From Candidatus Parcubacteria bacterium (lineage in GTDB: Bacteria; Patescibacteriota; Microgenomatia; UBA12405), in NCBI GenBank assembly GCA_023396915.1, contig JAEWUV010000002.1, positions 3,171 through 67,170 of the forward strand: a DNA stretch of 64,000 bases, written 5' to 3'. How positions within the stretch are numbered: the stretch's first letter is position 1; each line of letters opens with the position of its first letter. Shown here piece after piece: positions 58,091 through 64,000 of the stretch. Position numbers and translations under genes: made by a program. The notes beneath the pieces are model-generated. The model was given only the letters and a program-made list of their open reading frames with translations, had not been told where the DNA came from and ran no database searches.

Positions 58091-58885
58091 TTAGGCGGTG
58101 GGGATGGAGGTAGGACCGGATTGATTCGGATTAAATTGATCTGGTTGATTTGGGGTTAATGGCTGAGGGTTTTGATTAGAATTAGTCATTAATGGTTGAG
58201 TAGCACGAAGACAAATAGCCCCAGCTTCAAAAGTTTCCGGAGAAACGTTGATGGAGAAAGATTGAGTGGCAACTCGCAAACCAATTAATAAATCTTTGGC
58301 GGTGTCAGCATCGAGATTTAAGCCTAACATAGGTAATAAAAAGGTAAAGATTTCACTGTAAGGGGCGTCTTGATCAACTAAACTGGCTTTAGCCCAAGGT
58401 TTAATATTATTAGTAGGAGAAATTTGAATCCAAGTGCCAGAATTAACGATATTGGCTTTGTCAGCTAATAAGTTTTCATCACCTAAAATAAAATTGATGT
58501 CCGAAACACCACTTTGGTTGGCAACTAAAATTTGATTTTGAGCTACTTTTGGAGAACCTGGTTTAGTTTGAATAACTAAATTTAATTTACCCCCGTCTTG
58601 GTTGTAATTAACTGTTTCAATTTGATCAACAGGGTAATCCAAAGTAACGACTAAGTCATTTTGATTTAAGTTATCGCTAACCAATTCAAGTCCGCTAAGT
58701 TTGGAATAATTAGCATCCGGCTTTTGAGGGCAATAAACTTTGGTTTCGATATTATTTTTTTTAAGAGATAAGGCTAAGGCTAAACCAGAAGAAAGACTGT
58801 CAATACTTAAATTAGGAACCACGACTAAAGCAGTTTTGGCCGAAGACATCAAATTTTTTATCTCGGAGACATTGTAGTTTTTCAT
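58091..58885 (-). CDS. DHH/DHHA1-like (NrnA-like) protein with degenerate catalytic motifs
   Basis: 264 aa. The expected HxxPDxD/DHH positions read VVVPNLSIDS and IQT; the DHHA1 GGGH position reads IGLR. It occupies the infB-(rbfA/nrnA)-rpsO slot. Confidence 0.45.
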   Translation of the reverse strand: MKNYNVSEIKNLMSSAKTALVVVPNLSIDSLSSGLALALSLKKNNIETKVYCPQKPDANYSKLSGLELVSDNLNQNDLVVTLDYPVDQIETVNYNQDGGKLNLVIQTKPGSPKVAQNQILVANQSGVSDINFILGDENLLADKANIVNSGTWIQISPTNNIKPWAKASLVDQDAPYSEIFTFLLPMLGLNLDADTAKDLLIGLRVATQSFSINVSPETFEAGAICLRATQPLMTNSNQNPQPLTPNQPDQFNPNQSGPTSIPTA

Positions 58886-58913
58886 AGGAGACCTGCTTAA
58901 TTTTTAATCCTTA

Positions 58914-60320
58914 CTACTTACTATAGGCTATTATATCATCCCCTATCTTAAAGTCAACGTAAGGTTTAAAAGTAATACCACAGTCGTTGCCTGATTTAAT
59001 TTTTTCAACAATCTCTTTGCCTTGGTGAATACCTTCTACTTTGGTATCTTTGATTATTTTACCTTCCCGTTTGAGATGGATTAAATCGCCTTTTTTAACT
59101 TCCCCTTTGGTACAAAGGAGTCCGGCGATTCTAACTTTGTCAATCTTAAATTCAGCTTTGATAGTGCCTTCCCCTAAAATATTTTCATCAATGGTTGGTT
59201 CAAGCATCTTTAAAACTTGAGCCTGAATATTTTCGATAATTTCGTAAATAATTTTTGATTGAAAAACTTTGACCAAATTAGTCTCGGCTAGCTTTAAAAT
59301 TTGTTTGGGAGTACTAACATTAAAGGCAAAAATTTGAGCTTTGCCGGTATCAGCCATAAAAACATCAGTATCAGTGATGGCACCAACACCCTCGGAAAGA
59401 AGATAAACATCGTCGGAAAAACTATGTTTTAGAGCCTGAAGAGTACCTTCGGTGTCAGCTTTGATGATTATTTTTAATTTAGGGTTTTCTTCGTCGTATT
59501 CATACTTTACCTTACATTCGGTGATAGTGGCTTCGTGTTTTTCGGGGGTGACAGTGCTACCAACGCAAGGAACCTGTGTCCAGCCTAAAATTTCGACAGG
59601 CATTCCTGGAAGCGCTGATTTTATATTTTGACATTTATCATCGACAATAGCTTTGACTTTACATAAAACACTGTCGGCGTAAATACTATCGCCTAAATTA
59701 AGAGTTCCTTTTTGAATAATTAAAGAAGCTACTGGACCACGAGATTTGTCGAGTTTTGATTCAATAATGAAGGCTTGTAGGGGTAAGTTTGGCTCGGATT
59801 TTAGTTCCATAATTTCGGCATTAAGTTTGATTAAGTCTAATAATTGATCAACTCCCTGCCCGGTTTTAGCAGAGACGGGAACAACAGCAATTTGACCACC
59901 ATATTCTTCTGGAGTTAAATCAACCTCAACTAATTGGCCTTTGACTTTTTCGGGGGAAGCGTTTTCTAGATCAACTTTATTCATGGCAACAATAACTGGA
60001 ATATTGGATTTTTTGATATATTCAATACATTCTTTGGTTTGAGGCATGATACCTTCGCTGGCGGCAATAACCAAAACAATAATATCGGTAACTTGGGCAC
60101 CGCGGGAACGCATATCGCAAAAAGCGGCATGTCCGGGAGTATCGATAAAAGTAATTCCATGGGCTTGGTAGGCACCAATGTGCTGAGTAATTCCACCGGA
60201 TTCACGCCTGACTACATCGGTAGAACGAATTTTATCTAAAAGACTAGTCTTGCCGTGATCAACATGACCCATTACTGTTACGATTGGCGGACGAAAATCC
60301 GTAAGTTTGTTTTGTGTCAT
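58914..60320 (-). CDS. infB: Translation initiation factor IF-2 (short form, no long N-terminal region)
   Basis: 468 aa; [25 protein letters not shown]. Confidence 0.93.
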   Translation of the reverse strand: MTQNKLTDFRPPIVTVMGHVDHGKTSLLDKIRSTDVVRRESGGITQHIGAYQAHGITFIDTPGHAAFCDMRSRGAQVTDIIVLVIAASEGIMPQTKECIEYIKKSNIPVIVAMNKVDLENASPEKVKGQLVEVDLTPEEYGGQIAVVPVSAKTGQGVDQLLDLIKLNAEIMELKSEPNLPLQAFIIESKLDKSRGPVASLIIQKGTLNLGDSIYADSVLCKVKAIVDDKCQNIKSALPGMPVEILGWTQVPCVGSTVTPEKHEATITECKVKYEYDEENPKLKIIIKADTEGTLQALKHSFSDDVYLLSEGVGAITDTDVFMADTGKAQIFAFNVSTPKQILKLAETNLVKVFQSKIIYEIIENIQAQVLKMLEPTIDENILGEGTIKAEFKIDKVRIAGLLCTKGEVKKGDLIHLKREGKIIKDTKVEGIHQGKEIVEKIKSGNDCGITFKPYVDFKIGDDIIAYSK

Positions 60321-60346
60321 ATTTTAAAAAAATCAAGAAATATTAA

Positions 60347-61336
60347 TTATTCTTGATTTTGAATAATTTTTATTTCACGTCCGACTAGTTGCCCGGCCAA
60401 ACGAACATTCTCACCGCCACTACCAATAGCCAAAGCTAATTGGTTTTCGGGAACAGTAACGGTAATTAAATCATCATCAATAGAGACAATTTTGATGTCT
60501 TGAGCCGGAGAAAGAGCCTGAGTAATAAATTGGTTAATGTCTTTGGAATAAGCAATAACATCAACTTTTTCTGACTGAGGAAGTTCATTTAAGATAGATT
60601 GGATTCTGGATCCTTTTTGACCAATGCAAGAACCAACCGGATCAACGCCGGCTTGGTTAGAAGAAACAGCAATTTTAGTGCGCTCTCCGGAAGATCTGGC
60701 AATTTTTTCAATTACTACTGATTTATTGTTGACTTCAGGAACTTCCCGGGCAAAAAGTTGTTTTATAAATTCAGGGTCGCGACGGGAAAGAAGAATTTCG
60801 CTTTTACCAGCTTCCTCATCTCTAAGAATGGCTTTAAGTAAAAACCATTTACGGGTACCCAGGGGAATGATTTCACCTTTGATTTGTTCGTCTTTGGGAC
60901 AAAGACCTTCTGTTTTACCAACGCCAACAATCATTTTGTAAGGATCTGAACGTAAGACGATACCAGGAATTAAAGTACCCATTTTTTTGTCAAATTCAGC
61001 GATAACAGTTTCTTTTTCGGCTTCGTGAATTTTTTGATCGATTACTTGCTTGGCAGTTTGGGCGGCTATCCGGCCAAAACCAGGAGGGGTAACGTCAATT
61101 TGTTTGTCACCGTCAATTTGTAAAACTTTAAAAGATCCACTTTCTGGAGCAAGTTCTACGGTAAATTCAATATCTTCACTAATTTCGACTCCATGTTCTT
61201 TTTGATCACGTTTGTAAGCAGAGATGAGGCCAAGTTCAATAGAATCCAAAATTGATTGGACATTAATATTTCGCTCTCCAGCAATTTGAGCCACAGCTGC
61301 GGCAAATTCAGTTTTTGGTAACTTTTTTAAATCCAT
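60347..61336 (-). CDS. nusA: Transcription termination/antitermination factor NusA
   Basis: S1 plus two KH domains. Start trimmed to MDLKKLPKTE...; the ORF-track extension reads through the upstream terminator hairpin. Confidence 0.9.
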   Translation of the reverse strand: MDLKKLPKTEFAAAVAQIAGERNINVQSILDSIELGLISAYKRDQKEHGVEISEDIEFTVELAPESGSFKVLQIDGDKQIDVTPPGFGRIAAQTAKQVIDQKIHEAEKETVIAEFDKKMGTLIPGIVLRSDPYKMIVGVGKTEGLCPKDEQIKGEIIPLGTRKWFLLKAILRDEEAGKSEILLSRRDPEFIKQLFAREVPEVNNKSVVIEKIARSSGERTKIAVSSNQAGVDPVGSCIGQKGSRIQSILNELPQSEKVDVIAYSKDINQFITQALSPAQDIKIVSIDDDLITVTVPENQLALAIGSGGENVRLAGQLVGREIKIIQNQE

Positions 61337-61365
61337 AGTTTTTTTAAAAAAGTAGTAATAAAAAA

Positions 61366-61382
61366 GGGGCTGCACCAGCCCC
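61366..61382 (-). terminator. Rho-independent terminator after the dockerin-repeat gene, upstream of nusA
   Basis: GGGGCTG-cac-CAGCCCC, a 7-bp perfect stem flanked by A6 on plus, giving a U-run on the minus transcript. Confidence 0.6.
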
Positions 61383-61456
61383 AAACTTTTTAGCACTACA
61401 AAATTATTATGTAGGAATTATAGCAGAAAATGAAGAAAAAATATAGAAAAAGTAAT

Positions 61457-63628
61457 TTATTTGGTAAGTATGAATCCGAGTCGCCACTCCATTTCACCTA
61501 AACCGTCACATTGAGCATCAATTGAAGCAAAGTGATATTCCCCACTTGAAGAATAGCATCGATATAAAGCGGTAGTTCCCGTAACTTGGTCTTGATAAAT
61601 CCAACCGGCAGTTCGTAGACGTGTATATCCACCTGAGGTACACTTACCGTCGCCAGTAAGAAGATAGTCAGCGTGACCCGACCAATTACCTACACATTCC
61701 TCGAGTTTTATGGAAGGATATGAAGGATCGGCCGCAGAAAGTACGTATCCCAAAGGTTTATCATAATTCCAAGCAGAACTGTCATTAATAACTGGACCAG
61801 AGGTGATGCGGTGAATACCATTACTATTGATCCAACTTGCAAGTTCATATCGAGGAGGTTGTTTAACAGTTGAAGTGCCTGGAGTTAACCATACATGGGT
61901 CATTACGAGATATTTTTTACTAAAATCGCCACCTGGTGGTAAATACATATATGTAAGTATGAAATGGTTACCAGAAAATGTGTTTGATCCATCGTCAGCA
62001 ATGATGCTTGGATACCCAAAAAGGTCAGTATTAGCGGGCCTAGTCCACGTTGGATCGTCAAAATATATGAGTGGATATTTAAGTTGAGTAAAAGTAACTT
62101 TGTCTGATGAAAAAACAAACACTGGACCATGATTTGAATAGCTAATACCAATTACTACATTTTGATCTTTCCAATAACCCATGTTGACCGCATTTGTTCC
62201 TGAAAGACTAGTTCCTACTCCTGATACAGGCAAACCCGACCAGCTTGAACCGTCCCAAACTTGCCATGAGGCAGGAGATAAATCTGATTTTGGTGCTCGG
62301 GCCACAATAGTATTCCATTCAGGACTTTCACGACGAACATACGCATAGACATAGGAATCATTACCATCTATGATGGTGCCATCACCAACCCCGGTGATTT
62401 TACCACTGGTAGGAGAGTCACTCCCAGTAAAAGCTTGTCCTAGGATAGACCAGGATAACCCGTTATCATATGATTTGCCGATTGCCACTGAATGATGTGA
62501 TTGTAGAATTGAATAATTGCAAGCAGTTTCTGAATGAATGAGTCCCCAAAGCGTGTCTCCATTTCGATATGTTGAAAGCAGCCAGTTTCCGCAGGACGAA
62601 TAAGAGCCTCCTTGGCCAGGGGAAATTACGGGTTTTCGTGTCCCGCTCATATCAAAAATGCTTGAACCATCTATGGCATAAGTAGTACTGTTGGCGGAAA
62701 AACCACGAAAGCGACCGTTACCGAGGGATATCTCATTAAAAGGTTGGTCTAATTCATCAACCCCGCCAGTACGAACAATGTAAGGCCGACCGATTAAGAC
62801 AGAAGTACAATTGGCACAAAATTGTGGAGAAGAAGGACTAGTAAGTGTTGGAGTATTTGTTTGGGTTAAAGCGATGGTAGGTATTCCATCAATTTCTCCC
62901 TCAAGTAAAGGAACTTCATCACTTTTTTGTAAATATGTTTTGAGCAAACTAGCATCAACTGAATTAATCTGACCATCAACATTTAAATCGCCTTTTTCTT
63001 GCAAAGCAGGGTTGTTAATTTTGGCGATATTTGTTTTTAATATTGAATAATCAACTGAATTTATTAATCCATTCTGTTCAATATCTCCCGGAATGAGTGG
63101 ATAGTTGGAAAAATCATAAATTTTGTCACTAGCCAAATCTAGATTACAAACACTAAAATCAGTTACATTCGTGGATTGATTGTTAACACAAAATTTAGCT
63201 ACTATATGAAAAGGTTCATCAATCCTTAAGTAATTAATGGTATTTACTGAATCAAAACTACTGTTTAATGTTAAATTTTCTACTATAAAAACTTGATCTC
63301 CAAATTGGTTAGTTACACCATTAACGGTGGTATACCCCACTCCGCTAATTAACTGATGTTTACCTGTAGTGATATTAACTACCTGGATATTAAATGTCTC
63401 TAATTTACTAAAATCACCAGATGGTGATACTCCTCTGAAAGCAAATTTAAAACTTATTTTTCTTTGTCCATTTTCAGCCGCACTACTTCTTTCATCTTGT
63501 TTTTGTTGAACTAGACTGATGGCTATTGGTAAAGAAATGGCTATTAAAAATATCACTAATAATGTAAAAATTTGTGAAAAACCTTTGTTATGAAACACAC
63601 TTAATCTAAGCATATTTAAACAGACCAA
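61457..63628 (-). CDS. Large secreted protein with tandem dockerin-type calcium-binding repeats and a downstream Asp-box (BNR)-containing domain
   Basis: N-terminal signal/anchor IFTLLVIFLIAISLPIAISL. Repeats DIEQNGLINSVDYSILKTNI and GDLNVDGQINSVDASLLKTYL. Asp-box SYDNGLSWS. Cys-rich C-terminus. Confidence 0.6.
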   Translation of the reverse strand: MVCLNMLRLSVFHNKGFSQIFTLLVIFLIAISLPIAISLVQQKQDERSSAAENGQRKISFKFAFRGVSPSGDFSKLETFNIQVVNITTGKHQLISGVGYTTVNGVTNQFGDQVFIVENLTLNSSFDSVNTINYLRIDEPFHIVAKFCVNNQSTNVTDFSVCNLDLASDKIYDFSNYPLIPGDIEQNGLINSVDYSILKTNIAKINNPALQEKGDLNVDGQINSVDASLLKTYLQKSDEVPLLEGEIDGIPTIALTQTNTPTLTSPSSPQFCANCTSVLIGRPYIVRTGGVDELDQPFNEISLGNGRFRGFSANSTTYAIDGSSIFDMSGTRKPVISPGQGGSYSSCGNWLLSTYRNGDTLWGLIHSETACNYSILQSHHSVAIGKSYDNGLSWSILGQAFTGSDSPTSGKITGVGDGTIIDGNDSYVYAYVRRESPEWNTIVARAPKSDLSPASWQVWDGSSWSGLPVSGVGTSLSGTNAVNMGYWKDQNVVIGISYSNHGPVFVFSSDKVTFTQLKYPLIYFDDPTWTRPANTDLFGYPSIIADDGSNTFSGNHFILTYMYLPPGGDFSKKYLVMTHVWLTPGTSTVKQPPRYELASWINSNGIHRITSGPVINDSSAWNYDKPLGYVLSAADPSYPSIKLEECVGNWSGHADYLLTGDGKCTSGGYTRLRTAGWIYQDQVTGTTALYRCYSSSGEYHFASIDAQCDGLGEMEWRLGFILTK

Positions 63629-63654
63629 TCAATTGAATAATACATGGCTTAAAA

Positions 63655-64000
63655 TTATAAATCCAATTGACGGAGAAGATCTCTTTGGTGAAAATTAAGG
63701 TGAGTCGGAACTTGGACCATAAGACGGATATAAAGATCACCATTATTGTGACTGTTAAGACGTCTAATCCCCTTGCCTCTTAATCGAATTAATGTATTAG
63801 GTTGAGTGCCGGCTTTGACTTTTACTTTTAAAGATTCACCGGTAGGAGTGGGAACTTCTACATTTGTTCCTAAAGCAGCCTGAGAAAAGCTGAGACTTAC
63901 AGTAATAAAAACATCATTGCCTTCACGCTTAAAAAGCTTATCTGGTTGAACATCAATATATAAAATAAAATCACTGAATCTAATTCTTTGACCATCGTCA
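63655..64000 (-). CDS. dnaJ: Chaperone DnaJ, C-terminal part (5' end beyond the window)
   Basis: Manual translation ...FKREGNDVFITVSLSFSQAALGTNVEVPTPTGESLKVKVKAGTQPNTLIRLRGKGI...NGDLYIRLMVQVPTHLNFHQRDLLRQLDL*, matching DnaJ C-terminal domains I/II. Confidence 0.85.
   Translation of the reverse strand, partial: DDGQRIRFSDFILYIDVQPDKLFKREGNDVFITVSLSFSQAALGTNVEVPTPTGESLKVKVKAGTQPNTLIRLRGKGIRRLNSHNNGDLYIRLMVQVPTHLNFHQRDLLRQLDL

Noticed and set aside
60347-61396. nusA ORF extension (MLKSLGLVQPLFYYYFFKKT)
   Set aside because: The extension is the reverse complement of the GGGGCTG/CAGCCCC terminator hairpin plus its U-run. The real start is the Met at 61336.
1-64000. CRISPR arrays, transposases, integrases, alternative genetic code
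   Set aside because: The few intergenic gaps above 100 nt contain only promoter or terminator signals. No spaced direct-repeat arrays are present. No in-frame TGA occurs within well-conserved genes, which supports the standard code.

Overview
The window is a gene-dense, low-GC, almost entirely minus-strand stretch with the hallmarks of a streamlined CPR/Patescibacteria-like monoderm bacterium. It uses the standard genetic code: all recognisable genes are intact with no in-frame UGA. The backbone runs: rny (partial), recX-recA, tRNA-Pro, ppa, uppP, a terminator, the rplM-rpsI pair, then the alpha/spc/S10 ribosomal superoperon (rplQ through rpsJ, including rpoA, secY, adk, infA and rpmJ; no rpmD/L30 and no map), tuf, fusA, a roughly 5 kb glycan-related block (FAD oxidoreductase, rfbD, rfbC, rfbB, membrane protein) inserted between fusA and rpsG, rpsG-rpsL directly abutting rpoC-rpoB, a set of envelope genes (sortase, candidate sortase substrate, MltG, RuvX, RodZ-like, FtsK), tRNA synthetases (alaS, proS), the RNA-decay genes rnj and pnp, rpsO, infB-nusA, a large dockerin-repeat secreted protein, and the 3' end of dnaJ. 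I find no CRISPR array, integrase, transposase, intein or recognisable defence system. The less ordinary content, ranked low to moderate, is as follows. The conserved rpsL-rpsG-fusA-tuf arrangement is split by dTDP-rhamnose genes. An AT-rich orphan membrane-anchored ORF sits at the 3' end of tRNA-Pro. A Lon-type AAA+ module lacks both the N-terminal and protease domains. A degenerate DHH/NrnA-like pseudo-enzyme and a tiny acidic ORF occupy the infB-rpsO slot. A sortase lies near a secreted protein with a variant LPTVG sorting signal. Two proteins share an actin-like(?) cytoplasmic domain-TM-ectodomain architecture. An L24 carries a Cys4 C-terminus, one ectodomain is VWC-like, and several plus-strand genes appear to be leaderless.
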